In this document: piece after piece, positions 40,031-51,600 of the stretch
Numbering within the stretch: position 1 is the first letter of the stretch
Layout: every line of letters starts with the position of its first letter
Origin: Candidatus Oxydemutatoraceae bacterium
Lineage (GTDB): Bacteria > Pseudomonadota > Gammaproteobacteria > Poriferisulfidales > Oxydemutatoraceae
Length of the DNA stretch: 64,000 bases
Assembly (NCBI GenBank): GCA_965218975.1
Contig: OZ244717.1
Location: 832,001-896,000, forward strand
Direction of reading: 5' to 3'
Notes under the pieces: model-generated
What the model saw: only the letters and a program-made list of their open reading frames with translations
What the model was told of the DNA's origin: nothing
The model's database searches: none
Made by a program: the position numbers and the translations under genes

Positions 40031-40663
40031 TTAATTTCTTCCTTTTCCGTTATAAATCTGTTTTTCGGTAATGACTTTATCCATAAAAATATCGTGAGGA
40101 CCGACCAAGATTTCATCGAATAATTGTGCTTCGTAACATATAGCGATCAACGGGCAATCGGGACGTACTTTTTCCAGCAGTCGATCGTAATAGCCTTGTC
40201 CGTTGCCCATGCGTCCCCCATTCCTATCAAAGCCGACGCCCGGAACCATCACAATATCAAGATCTTCCGGATTGACTTCTTTTTTGGGGTCTCCCCATTT
40301 GTCGCGCGGCGGTTCCAAAATATTCCATTTGCCCACAATCAGCTCATTAAAGTTGTCCAATCGCCATAGTCCCAATTTATTGTCGCCTTTTTCATCCACA
40401 GTACAGTACGGCACGACGATGTATTTCTCTCCTTTTGCGATTTCCTTTTCAAGATAGGATTGGGTGCGAGCTTCCGAGCGGCAATCAATATACCAAATTG
40501 CGGTTTTGGCTTTCTGATACTCGGGCAAGCGGATGAAAGCATTGCAAATAACGGCACTGATTTCATCTTTGTTTTCTTGTGCCGCACGCGCATCATATGC
40601 TTGGCGGCGCATCTTGTTTTTGCGTTCTGTTAACTTTTTAAGTTCTTCCGGCGTCAATGACAT
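40031..40663 (-). CDS. 5-formyltetrahydrofolate cyclo-ligase
   Basis: VPGVGFDRNGGRMGNGQGYYDRLL and HDIFMDKVITE motifs; GAGGAG RBS. Confidence 0.92.
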   Translation of the reverse strand: MSLTPEELKKLTERKNKMRRQAYDARAAQENKDEISAVICNAFIRLPEYQKAKTAIWYIDCRSEARTQSYLEKEIAKGEKYIVVPYCTVDEKGDNKLGLWRLDNFNELIVGKWNILEPPRDKWGDPKKEVNPEDLDIVMVPGVGFDRNGGRMGNGQGYYDRLLEKVRPDCPLIAICYEAQLFDEILVGPHDIFMDKVITEKQIYNGKGRN

Positions 40664-40856
40664 AGAGTATCTCCTCATGAATTATGGATGCAAAAAATTG
40701 GATATTGGTTAGCACATTGTATGCCCATGGGGCAGCGAAAGACTGCGATTGTATGTTACCCTGAGGGCAGGAGCAAAGTCTACTGTGGGCAATTAGACGA
40801 ATCGTTCAAATCTGCTAGCCTTCGTCTCTAACTCAAGACAATCTGAGAGAAAAATT

Positions 40857-41747
40857 TTGTTTATCGCTAGGAAATTTATTCAAATACATACTCCGAAGAC
40901 CGGTGGAACTTTTGTTATGAAATGTCTCTCCAAAGTCTATCGGCGGGAGCGAAGGGCTCTAATATGTCTCCATAAGCTGCGGCTTATGATATCGAAATTT
41001 TTTGCGCTAAAGCCGGGTTTTCAGTCACGTTTTCCGGCGGAGACAAAGTTTTCCATCTTAAGAGGTATTGCAGTATCTATGGAGAGTATACGTTTCCTTT
41101 ACGTATTTCCACATTCAGGTATTAGCAACATCCCTAACTTTTTTCTGTATACCAACGGTTCTCCTAAACTGATTTTATATACGGTACGAAATCCCTTTGT
41201 CTGGCCGGTATCGGCGTATTTCTTTAAGATGAAGGTGAGAATGAAGAAGAAAAAGAAGTACTCGGGTCCTTTGACATTTAAGGATGCTCTAAAGTGGCAA
41301 AACGAGATTAAGGTTCCGGCGCTTTTTAAGCTTTATTTTCCGAATATGGCTCTAAAACACAATATCGGGTTGTACGCAATAAATGTGGTCTATAATTTGT
41401 TTCCTAATCCGCGAGAGATTATGGGATTGCCCCGCGATCAATTTACTGATTTTTTTCAAAACGGCGGCTACAAAGATTGGTTCAAACGCGTACGCTTTAT
41501 CCATACGGAAGACTTGCGCCAAGAACTATATCTATTTTTGCTAAGCATCGGTCACTCCAAAGAACAAATCGAATTTATTCGGCCGAGCAAGCGCGTAAAC
41601 GTCACTCGGTTGAGCAAGATGAATTGACGCGATTTATATGATGACGAGCTAATGCGCTATGTATATCGCAAAAGCTGGATATTGTTTGAGATGTTTCCGG
41701 AGTATCGGTCCGAATTGAAAGATCCGGATGTTTCCATCACTGCTTAG
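40857..41747 (+). pseudogene. Sulfotransferase-family gene with probable premature TGA at 41625-41627
   Basis: PKTGGT and VRNP...VSAY PAPS-binding motifs; the frame continues RDLYDDELMRYV...FPEY after the stop. Confidence 0.65.
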
Positions 41748-43411
41748 TCTGTAATTGCTCCTGAAGAGGCGCTGGTAACTTGTCGCGCATATTTTGCGAG
41801 TATGCCGTGTTGATAGCGTGGCTTCGGAGCTTGCCATTTTTTGAAACGGTTGCGAATTTCTTTTTGTGTCAGCTCCAAATTTAATTGGCGATTGCGAATA
41901 TTGATTGTAATTAAATCTCCATTGCGAATAATTGCCAGTAAACCGCCTGTCGCCGCTTCGGGTGCAATGTGTCCGACGACAAAGCCATGACTGCCGCCGG
42001 AAAAGCGTCCGTCGGTAATCAATGCCACCTGTTCTCCGAGACCCATGCCTATTACTGCCGAAGTTGGCGCCAGCATTTCACGCATTCCCGGTCCGCCCCG
42101 AGGTCCCTCATAACGAATCACAATGACCTCCCCTTTTTTTATTTTGCCGTGAAGAATGTTTTGCATGGCTTGTTCTTCGGAATTAAATACTTGCGCATTA
42201 CCTTGGAAATAGTCGCCTTCTATGCCGCTGATTTTTGCAATCGCACCTTCCGCGGCAATGTTTCCATACAACACGACTAAATGCCCGCTGGGTTTGATGG
42301 GATGATCCAAAGGGCGGATGATGTCTTGACGGTTCGGATAAGGTTTGACTTGTGTCAGGTTTGCCGCCAGTGTTTTGCCGGTAACAGTTAAGCATTCCCC
42401 GTGTAGCAAACCGGCATCAAGCAATTGTTTCATCAGCGGTTGAATGCCACCGATTTTCACCAGTTCGGACATCATGTAACGTCCGCTTGGTTTGAGGTCG
42501 GCAACTACCGGGACACGTTTGCCGATGCGAGTGAAATCGTCCAATTCCAGCCGGATATTGCAACTATGCGCCATTGCAAGCAGATGCAATACCGCATTGG
42601 TTGACCCGCCGAGCGCGGTTACGAGCGTAATCGCATTTTCAAACGCATGTTTTGTCATAATATCGCGCGGCAAAATATTCTTTTTCAACAAGTTGATGGT
42701 GGCCTCACCCGCTAAAACACAATCCCTAGCCTTCGCCGATGACACGGCATTTTGTGCCGAACTGCCCGGCAAACTCATCCCCATTGCTTCAATCGCCGAT
42801 GCCATCGTGTTGGCGGTGTACATACCGCCGCATGAGCCGGGGCCGGGAATCGCATGTTTCTCAATTTCAGTCAATTCTTTTTTGCTGATTTTGCGCCGCT
42901 TGAATGCCCCCACTCCCTCAAACACCGATACAATGTCAATTTTTTTGCCTTGCCGGATTCCGGGTAAGATCGTACCGCCGTAAACAAATACTGCCGGACG
43001 GTTTAAGCGGGCGATTGCCATCATGCAAGCCGGCATATTTTTATCGCAGCCGCCGATCGCGACGATACCGTCAAATCCTTCGCAGGCGGTTACGGCTTCA
43101 ATCGAGTCGGCGATGATTTCGCGTGACACCAATGAGTATTTCATTCCTTCGGTACCCATTGAGATGCCGTCCGATACGGTAATGGTATTGAAGATGATCG
43201 CTTTTCCGCCGTGTTCGTTCACACCGCGAGCGGCACGGCGCGCAAGCTGGTCGATATGCATGTTGCAGGGTGTGACCTCGCTCCAAGTTGAGGCGATACC
43301 GATTTGCGGTTTTTTAAAATCCTGATTGGTAAAACCCACCGCACGCAACATGGCACGGCTCGGAGCGCGCGCTGCGCCGTCCACAATCGGGGAAGAGTAT
43401 TTTCTTTTCAT
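41744..43411 (-). CDS. ilvD: Dihydroxy-acid dehydratase
   Basis: PCNMH, GGCDKN, CGGMYTANTM and ITDGRFSGG motifs. Confidence 0.97.
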   Translation of the reverse strand: MKRKYSSPIVDGAARAPSRAMLRAVGFTNQDFKKPQIGIASTWSEVTPCNMHIDQLARRAARGVNEHGGKAIIFNTITVSDGISMGTEGMKYSLVSREIIADSIEAVTACEGFDGIVAIGGCDKNMPACMMAIARLNRPAVFVYGGTILPGIRQGKKIDIVSVFEGVGAFKRRKISKKELTEIEKHAIPGPGSCGGMYTANTMASAIEAMGMSLPGSSAQNAVSSAKARDCVLAGEATINLLKKNILPRDIMTKHAFENAITLVTALGGSTNAVLHLLAMAHSCNIRLELDDFTRIGKRVPVVADLKPSGRYMMSELVKIGGIQPLMKQLLDAGLLHGECLTVTGKTLAANLTQVKPYPNRQDIIRPLDHPIKPSGHLVVLYGNIAAEGAIAKISGIEGDYFQGNAQVFNSEEQAMQNILHGKIKKGEVIVIRYEGPRGGPGMREMLAPTSAVIGMGLGEQVALITDGRFSGGSHGFVVGHIAPEAATGGLLAIIRNGDLITINIRNRQLNLELTQKEIRNRFKKWQAPKPRYQHGILAKYARQVTSASSGAITD

Positions 43412-43507
43412 GCTAGTATAGTATGTATGATCGGGAACATACCTGATTTATTTTAGCACACTGTAAATAGTATCATTTCAGATGATACGCGACGGTCGGG
43501 GCAGAAA

Positions 43508-44344
43508 ATGCAAACGGCAAACAAGCAAGTTGTTAATCCGCAGGCGGGTGTAGTGCAGATGAATTCCGGCGCCGATGTTGCGATGAATCTTAAATGTGTT
43601 ACAGATTTGATTGCTCAAGCAAGTTCGGAAGGCGCCAAGTTGGTGGTGTTGCCTGAATCGTTTGCATGTATCGGTAAAACATCAAGACAACAGTTGGTAT
43701 TGGCGGAGCAAGAAGGGGATGGACCGCTACAGGATTTTTTGTCCGAACAAGCGGTGCGGCATCGTATATGGTTATTGGGCGGCACGATTCCGATAAAAAT
43801 CGTCGGTGAGAGGCGTGTGTATGCGCAGAGCATTTTATACGATGCAGACGGCAGCCCGGTTGCACGCTATCGGAAAATACATTTGTTTGATGTTTATCTT
43901 AAGAAGCACGATGTTTGTTGCGCCGAATCAGCGACATTTTTTCCGGGCGATCGGGTGATTGTAGTTGATACACCGCTAGGGCGTCTTGGTATTGCCGTTT
44001 GCTACGATGTACGATTTCCTGAAATGTTTCGCCTAATGTCCGACAGAGGTGCGCAAATCGTTGCTGTTCCTGCGGCATTTACTCACGCCACCGGCGCGGC
44101 GCATTGGCGTACCTTGTTACGGGCGCGGGCAATTGAAAATCAAATGTATATTTTGGCATCGGCACAAACCGGATGCCACGCCAATCAGCGCGAAACATAC
44201 GGGCATAGTATAATCATCGGCGCGTGGGGACAAACGTTGGCCGAGATAGAAGCTGGGGTGGGAGTTATTTGTGCGGAAATTGATTTGATGCGGCAAAAGG
44301 AGTTGAGGCAAGAATTCCCATGTTTAAAGCACCGTGTATTTTAA
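43508..44344 (+). CDS. Carbon-nitrogen hydrolase (Nit1-like)
   Basis: LPE, YRKIHLFDV and CYDVRFPE triad motifs; upstream of tldD. Confidence 0.92.
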   Translation: MQTANKQVVNPQAGVVQMNSGADVAMNLKCVTDLIAQASSEGAKLVVLPESFACIGKTSRQQLVLAEQEGDGPLQDFLSEQAVRHRIWLLGGTIPIKIVGERRVYAQSILYDADGSPVARYRKIHLFDVYLKKHDVCCAESATFFPGDRVIVVDTPLGRLGIAVCYDVRFPEMFRLMSDRGAQIVAVPAAFTHATGAAHWRTLLRARAIENQMYILASAQTGCHANQRETYGHSIIIGAWGQTLAEIEAGVGVICAEIDLMRQKELRQEFPCLKHRVF

Positions 44345-44358
44345 GGTAAAGAGATAAA

Positions 44359-45801
44359 ATGAACGATTTGATCACAATTGCGCGACAGCAATTTCTAACC
44401 GCCGCTGCATTAGACGATGCCGCATTGACACAAGCTCTATCGATGCTTGCCGGTTCCGGTATTGACCAAGGCGATTTATATTTTCAATACTCCCGGCATG
44501 AATCGTGGGCGCTTGAAGACGGTTTGATTAAAGAAGCTGATTTTAGTATTGATCAGGGCGTCGGTGTCCGTGCCGTCAGCGGTGAAAAAACCGGCTTTGC
44601 ATATTCTAACGAAATCGTTTTGCCGGCGCTTTTGGAAGCGAGCAAAGTTGCGTGCAGCATCGCGCATCGTGGTCAGCAGGGGACGGTGAAGGTGCATAAA
44701 ACGGTACAGCCGCATAATTTATATCCGTCGCATAACCCCTCCGAAGATTTGACTGTTGAGGACAAGGTCGGGTTGTTACGTACTATTGATGAAAGTGCCC
44801 GCAAACAGGACTCTCGCGTGGGACAAGTCATCGCATCATTGACGAGCCGGTATGAAATTATATTGGTTATGGCAACCGATGGAACGATTGCTGCCGATGT
44901 GCGACCGCTAGTACGGATGGATGTGACAGTCATTGCCGAAAATAAGCAGCAGAGAGGGCGCGGGTATAGCGGCGCCGGCGGACGTTACGGATTCTCTAAT
45001 TTTGCCCGCAACCGAACTGCACAAAAGTTGGTTGATGAGGCGGTGCGTCAAGCCATTGTGAATCTTGATGCGATACCGGCCCCCGCAGGCAATATGACAG
45101 TTGTATTGGGTGCGGGCTGGCCGGGGGTGCTATTGCACGAAGCAGTCGGACACGGACTTGAAGGCGATGCGGTGCGTAAGAAAACATCCGTGTTTAGCGG
45201 TTGTGTCGGCGAGCGGGTCGCAAGTCGCGGAGTGACTGTGGTTGATGATGGCACTTTAGCCGGGCGCCGCGGTTCCTTAAATGTGGATGACGAAGGAACT
45301 CCCACACAGTGTACAACGTTAATAGAAAATGGGATTCTGAAAACTTTTATGCAGGATAAGATGAGTGCGCGTTTAATGGAAACGCAATCAACCGGTAACG
45401 GCAGACGTGAATCCTATGCACATTTACCGATGACACGGATGACAAATACTTATATGCTTGCCGGCGATTTATCTCCCGAAGAAATCATTGAATCGGTTGA
45501 TGACGGACTTTATGCGGTAAATTTTGGTGGCGGGCAAGTGGATATCATTTCGGGCAAGTTTGTATTCTCCGCGTCGGAGGGGTATCTCATCAAGAACGGT
45601 AAAATTACCGTGCCGGTTAAAGGAGCATCATTGATTGGCAACGGTCCCGACGTGTTGACGCGAGTCTCAATGATCGGCAATGACTTGAAATTAGACGATG
45701 GCATCGGGACCTGCGGAAAGAACGGTCAGATGGTACCGGTCGGCGTCGGGCAACCGACATTGCGAATTGACGGAATCACGGTTGGCGGTACTGCATCGTG
45801 A
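44359..45801 (+). CDS. tldD: Metalloprotease TldD
   Basis: [13 protein letters not shown] and GTCGKNGQ motifs. Confidence 0.96.
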   Translation: MNDLITIARQQFLTAAALDDAALTQALSMLAGSGIDQGDLYFQYSRHESWALEDGLIKEADFSIDQGVGVRAVSGEKTGFAYSNEIVLPALLEASKVACSIAHRGQQGTVKVHKTVQPHNLYPSHNPSEDLTVEDKVGLLRTIDESARKQDSRVGQVIASLTSRYEIILVMATDGTIAADVRPLVRMDVTVIAENKQQRGRGYSGAGGRYGFSNFARNRTAQKLVDEAVRQAIVNLDAIPAPAGNMTVVLGAGWPGVLLHEAVGHGLEGDAVRKKTSVFSGCVGERVASRGVTVVDDGTLAGRRGSLNVDDEGTPTQCTTLIENGILKTFMQDKMSARLMETQSTGNGRRESYAHLPMTRMTNTYMLAGDLSPEEIIESVDDGLYAVNFGGGQVDIISGKFVFSASEGYLIKNGKITVPVKGASLIGNGPDVLTRVSMIGNDLKLDDGIGTCGKNGQMVPVGVGQPTLRIDGITVGGTAS

Positions 45802-47126
45802 GCGCGGCACTTGATGAAACGGCGCTGTTGACAACGGCACAGTTGGCGCTGACAACCGCACGTAGCCTCGGTGCCGACGCCGCCGAAGTTTCCGTTGCTG
45901 CCGACAGCGGCTATACCGTTACCGCTCGCGACGGCGATGTTGAAACCGTTGAGCGTGGCAACGATCATGAGTTGGTTGTTACTATTTATTCCGATGCTTG
46001 TAAAGGTTCATCTGCCGTCTCCGAATTTAGCACACAGTCTGTCAAACAGGCAGTCGCCGCCGCCAATGAGATTGCCAAGCATACTTCAAAAGATAAGTAT
46101 ATCGGTTTATGTGATGCCGATTTACTTGCAACGGATTTTCCCGAACTGCAGTTGGACCGGGAGTGGCAGATTGATGTACCACAGGCCATTGACATTGCGC
46201 TTGAATGTGAAAATGCTATGCGCGATAGAGCGGAGATTGTAAATACTGACGGCGCCACTGTTGCAACCGAACGGCGTATTGCTTGTTATGCTAATTCGCA
46301 CGGGTTTGCACATGCCTATCCGCTGACATATCACTCGATTAGCGCAGTGGCGATTGCCGGGAAAAACGATAAGTTACAACGCGATTATTGGTATAGCGCC
46401 AACCGGCATCCTGAAAAACTGGAAGATCATATTCAAGTGGGTCATCGTGCTGCCGAACGCGCGGTGCGGCGGCTGGGTACGCATAAGCCTAAGACCGGGA
46501 AAGTGGCGGTGATGTTTGAAGCGCCGGTCGCCGCCGGTCTATTCGGCACATTTATCGGCGCGGTCAAGGGTTGTGTTCTGTGCAGTAAAACGTCGTTTCT
46601 TTGTTCTGCGTTGAATACACAAGTATTCCCTTCCGAGATGCAGATTGCCGAAGCGCCGCATTTAATCGGTGCGATAGGCAGTGCATCGTTTGATCACGAA
46701 GGAGTTACGACGCGTCCCAATAAAATTGTTTGCGATGGAATATTAAACAACTACGTACTTGATAGCTACTCGGCGCGACGTTTAGGTATGCAAACGACCG
46801 GCAACGCTGGTGGCGTGCATAACTTGGGATTTAATATCGACAAATGCAGCACCGCTGAAATGTTGCAAGCGATGGACCGGGGATTATTGGTTACGGAACT
46901 GATCGGACACGGTGTGAATCTTGTAACCGGAGATTATTCACGTGGCGCGGTTGGGTTCTGGGTTGAAAACGGCGAGATTCAATATCCTGTTGAAGAAGTG
47001 ACGATTGCCGGTAATCTGCGCACGATGTTCCGGCAGATTGCGATGATGAGTGATGACATTGATGAACGCCTCAATATCCGCAGCGGTTCGATCTTGATTG
47101 AGGAAATGACTCTCGCTGCCGATTAA
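45798..47126 (+). CDS. pmbA: Metalloprotease PmbA/TldE
   Basis: [15 protein letters not shown] and EVTIAGNL motifs; follows tldD. Confidence 0.94.
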   Translation: MSAALDETALLTTAQLALTTARSLGADAAEVSVAADSGYTVTARDGDVETVERGNDHELVVTIYSDACKGSSAVSEFSTQSVKQAVAAANEIAKHTSKDKYIGLCDADLLATDFPELQLDREWQIDVPQAIDIALECENAMRDRAEIVNTDGATVATERRIACYANSHGFAHAYPLTYHSISAVAIAGKNDKLQRDYWYSANRHPEKLEDHIQVGHRAAERAVRRLGTHKPKTGKVAVMFEAPVAAGLFGTFIGAVKGCVLCSKTSFLCSALNTQVFPSEMQIAEAPHLIGAIGSASFDHEGVTTRPNKIVCDGILNNYVLDSYSARRLGMQTTGNAGGVHNLGFNIDKCSTAEMLQAMDRGLLVTELIGHGVNLVTGDYSRGAVGFWVENGEIQYPVEEVTIAGNLRTMFRQIAMMSDDIDERLNIRSGSILIEEMTLAAD

Positions 47127-47554
47127 GCAACTTATTGAGGGACAGGAGCCCACGGTCCGGCTTATGCAGCTATCGGCAAGAGTTTCCCTCCGCTTGCTTA
47201 GGCGATGTATTTTCTGTGCCATGAATTGGTATCGCTATCGAAATTAAAAAATCTTATCTTAAATTTTAGCGTTTGTTTCTTGACTTCGTATGTTTTGGCT
47301 CATAAGTGATTGCCCATGAGTGATTGTGCCATTGCTCTCAGGATTCTCAGGGACACTACATTAACAGTGTTGCTTGCGACGCTCCCGCGCTCAGTTTCCT
47401 TCAAGGCGTAACTTGTCGGGAAGTGGGAACGGAGCTTCGTCCCATTTCAGGCCTATGCTACGGTAGGTCCTGTTGGCGTCCGCGCTCGCGCAGCTCGGCA
47501 TCGCATACCGCTCGAGCGTGTCGGTACGTACCAAGATGCCCAACTGCAAGGCGT

Positions 47555-48374
47555 TGTATAGTGCCGGATACATATGGGACTCACGGCACGATTCAAAAAG
47601 GTGACCGATATGCAATATCAACACATCGGCCACCGCATCAAAGGTTTCTATATGAGCCAATTTAGCTTCAAAAATGGAGGCTCATGAGCGCTCTAGACTT
47701 CAACAGAAATATGCTACCCTCATTTTGGGAGGGTGTAACCCCCGAACGCATTCAAGCTCGGTCGCAGTACTTTGTACCGCCGCGCCGACGTTATCGCCGC
47801 ATTGGACTCAGTGCATTGCATGACCGCACCAAAGCGCCGCGCAAGAGGCGTCAGCGGATCTGGCCGCAACCGATTCAGTGTGAAACTGTTTTGCGCTTGT
47901 TGCCGTGTTGTCGGCGGATTGTGCCGGATTGTCGGCGGATTGTGCCGGATTGTCGGCAAAGTGCCTGTCATCCATGACGCGACTGGGTTCTGTCAACAAG
48001 CCCCAGCCCCGACATCCTTGTCGGGTCGTTCACCGCTGAAAACCGATCGGTTTTCCGGGCGCGTTTCACCCATGACGCGACTGGGTTCTGTCAACAAGCT
48101 CCAGCCCCGACATCCTTGTCGGGTCGTTCACCGCTGAAAACCAATTGGTTTTCCGAGCGCGTTTCATCCATGACGCGACTGGGTTCTGTCAATGAACGCC
48201 AGCCCTGACATCCTTGTCGGGTCGTTCGCCGCTGAAAACCGATCGGTTTTCCGGGTGCGTCTCACCCTGCACCGCCCTCATGCCGGCAACGGACAGAATG
48301 CACCGATCCGAATGTTGCTGCCGAATGCTTCCCCGGAAGCTCTTCAAGAATCCCATTTAGAGTGGTATCGTACA
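47555..48374 (+). repeat. MITE-like arm, third copy, with three 98-bp units
   Basis: Direct homolog of 9276-10098. Confidence 0.88.
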
Positions 48375-48699
48375 TCTTGTTGACTGACATTAAACACATG
48401 TGCTAAAGTCTGTAAAATAATTCGGATTCATAAACATTACTCATACTCATGCGAAAGCAAGGCCGCTCGCACACAAAATTAAATTGCGAACGAAATATTG
48501 GGTTCAATACCGGTGGTTCAATACCGGTGCTGATTTTTCAACATGAATGTAAGCGTGAACATAATGCCGTATATGATGACAGTCGGCGGCGCCGAGAGTC
48601 ATTTGCAGAATGAGCGACTGCGAATGTTTTACTGCGCAAACGTCAAGCGGGCCCTTGAGCGTATTTTCGGCTTGGCGGGCATTGCGGTTTATTGACAAG

Positions 48700-51600
48700 A
48701 TGTTGAAGTTTTGTTGCTCCCGAGCGTTGTCGCGCGCGCAAAGTTTTTCCTTCGGTTTGTGTCTGTTGGCCGTATTGATTGCTTCAGTCTATGTTGAACC
48801 TGCCCACGCTCAGACTGCGCCTGCAATCATTGACATCAATATCGTATCGCAACCGGCATTGGGAGGCACCTACCTTTTCGACGAGACGATCGAAGTGGCG
48901 CTGACGTTCGACGAGACAGTGACTGTAACCGGCGTGCCGCTGATCGAGCTGAATATCGGCGGCCCGAGCACGGCGCGTTACGTTCGCGGCAGCGGCAGCG
49001 ATACGCTGATATTCGCCTATACGGTTGAGGCGGATGTCTTCGACGATGGCGACGGTATCAGCGTTGTGGAAAACACATTGGCGCAAGACGGCGATATAAA
49101 CATGGGGCACCGCGGCGGGGCCGGGGTTGCCATTGTTTCTGACGATGACACCCCGATTGACCTTTCCAATTCGGCGCGGGATTTTCCCGATGTCAGAGTT
49201 GATGGTAGCGACAACCCGACACTATTGTTGCTCGGTTACGCTGGCTTCTATGCATTGGCGGGTGACTTTTTTACTGCGGGAAGGGAACTCGCGATGCCGT
49301 TGATAACCGGCCCGAATGCGAACGGATATTTGCTGCAGAGTGTTGAACTGCCGGTTACCCGTCCTGACGTGGCCAGCTTCTCCGATCTGACCGTTGCTTT
49401 GCGGTCTGCTTCGGAGGACGGCCCGGGCGACGTGCTTGCGACTTTTACCGCTCCGGGTGATGATGTTTCCGGCCGGCCGACGTTCACGCTGCCCTCGAGA
49501 GCGTTCCTGCAGCCGAACACCACTTATTTTATAAGTTATCTCAATAATAGCACCGCTACTTTCAACTTTTTCGCTGCTCAAATAGGTGACCTGGAAACCG
49601 GATCGTTCGAATGGATCAGCGCTATCTCACCAAATTGTGGAGCCAATGACCCCACTATTACCCTATGCTTGTATATACGCGATATGCCAAGTGCTCCGTG
49701 GGCGGGGTTTCCTTTAATAACGGGGGTTCCCGCGGAATACTTCGGATCGCTTGTCGCCCGTACCGAAGTTCGAATCATTGATGAAGCAAGCGATATAGCC
49801 GTCTTGACTGCATCGTCCAATTTGGCATTAGACACTAGGGATATCACCGTCAGCGAACATCAGCCTTTCTTAGTTTTCACGACATATACCGCGCAAAGGC
49901 TAGCGACTGAAAGCATGAATTTGAGCCTTGAAGTCACTCGGGAGGACGGTACAGTTTTGCCTGCCGGGGATCTCCCCGACGACGGTTTGAGAAAAACCCT
50001 GACAGTAACCACTGGGACGACGACACAGTCTTTTCTGCAGCTGGGGTTTGCACCGGACTTAGACGAGAATGCGGATTATCAGTACCGTTACTGCGCGGCG
50101 AATGGTACCTGTTCGTCTACGTTGACGGTGAGTTACTTAACGGCTGAAGCGCCGACGACTGATGTCACGGCAATCAGTCCGCGCTGGAAGGATGTCCTCA
50201 GCGATCAGAGTGTAATCACCGGCACCGGCAACTGTTCGGCAGGTTTGAACGTTGAGACAGTTGCAAATCTCACCCAAGAAAATAACACAGTTCGCTTCGG
50301 CGATATAGCTCCCGCTGATAACGTGCTTCCGCCGCGTGGCGGTGTGTCGGGTTTGATGTATTCATTTGGTTTTCTCAACGATGATTTTTCCGGCGGTACT
50401 TATGGCGAGATTGCTTCCGGCAACTTTGACGCCTCAAAGCAAGAGTTGGTGCTTAGCGCCAAATGGTGGTGGACCAACGGTTCGGATTCGGCAGAACCGA
50501 CGTGTTCGGGTAGTTACACTAGTACTTTAACGCCGTTGCCGGCAACCGTTTCTGAAACCGCGACGACGCCTAGTGCTCCGCTAAATTTGCAGGTGCAGGT
50601 GTTCGAGGAGTTTTCCGGGGTATTGATCACTTGGTCCGCACCGGATGACGGAGGAGCGCCGATTACCGCTTATCGCATTTACTGGAGAAAAACCGACGAA
50701 CAACAAGAGCAGTCAAAGACGGTTTTTCCAAGTAACAATCAGTACTTCCTAGCAGGAATTGATCCCGATGCAGATTATGCATTTGCGGTGACGGCATGGA
50801 ATGAACTCGGTGAAGGTGAACGAAGCACTATCGATACTTTAACCATTATGACCACGTCGGTTGACCCGGCATTAAACGCTTTTGGGGAGAGTGTCACTGT
50901 AAAGGAACATCAGCCTTTCTTAGTTTTCACGACATATACCGCGCAAAGGCTAGCGACTGAAAGCATGAATTTGAGCCTTGAAGTCACTCGGGAGGACGGT
51001 ACAGTTTTGCCTGCCGGGGATCTCCCCGACGACGGTTTGAGAAAAACCCTGACAGTAACCACTGGGACGACGACACAGTCTTTTCTGCAGCTGGGGTTTG
51101 CACCGGACTTAGACGAGAATGCGGATTATCAGTACCGTTACTGCGCGGCGAATGGTACCTGTTCGTCTACGTTGACGGTGAGTTACTTAACGGCTGAAGC
51201 GCCGACGACTGATGTCACGGCAATCAGTCCGCGCTGGAAGGAGGCCTTCAGCGATCAGAGTGTAATCACCGGCACCGGCAACTGTTCGGCAGGTTTGAAC
51301 GTTGAGACAGTTGCAAATCTCACCCAAGAAAATAACACAGTTCGCTTCGGCGATATAGCTCCCGCTGATAACGTGCTTCCGCCGCGTGGCGGTGTGTCGG
51401 GTTTGATGTATTCATTTGGTTTTCTCAACGATGATTTTTCCGGCGGTACTTATGGCGAGATTGCTTCCGGCAACTTTGACGCCTCAAAGCAAGAGTTGGT
51501 GCTTAGCGCCAAATGGTGGTGGACCAACGGTTCGGATTCGGCAGAACCGACGTGTTCGGGTAGTTACACTAGTACTTTAACGCCGTTGCCGGCAACCGTT

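Noticed and set aside
41625-41627. UGA recoded as Trp
   Set aside because: Conserved genes here (murU, tldD, hda) end in TGA, so a nonsense mutation is simpler.
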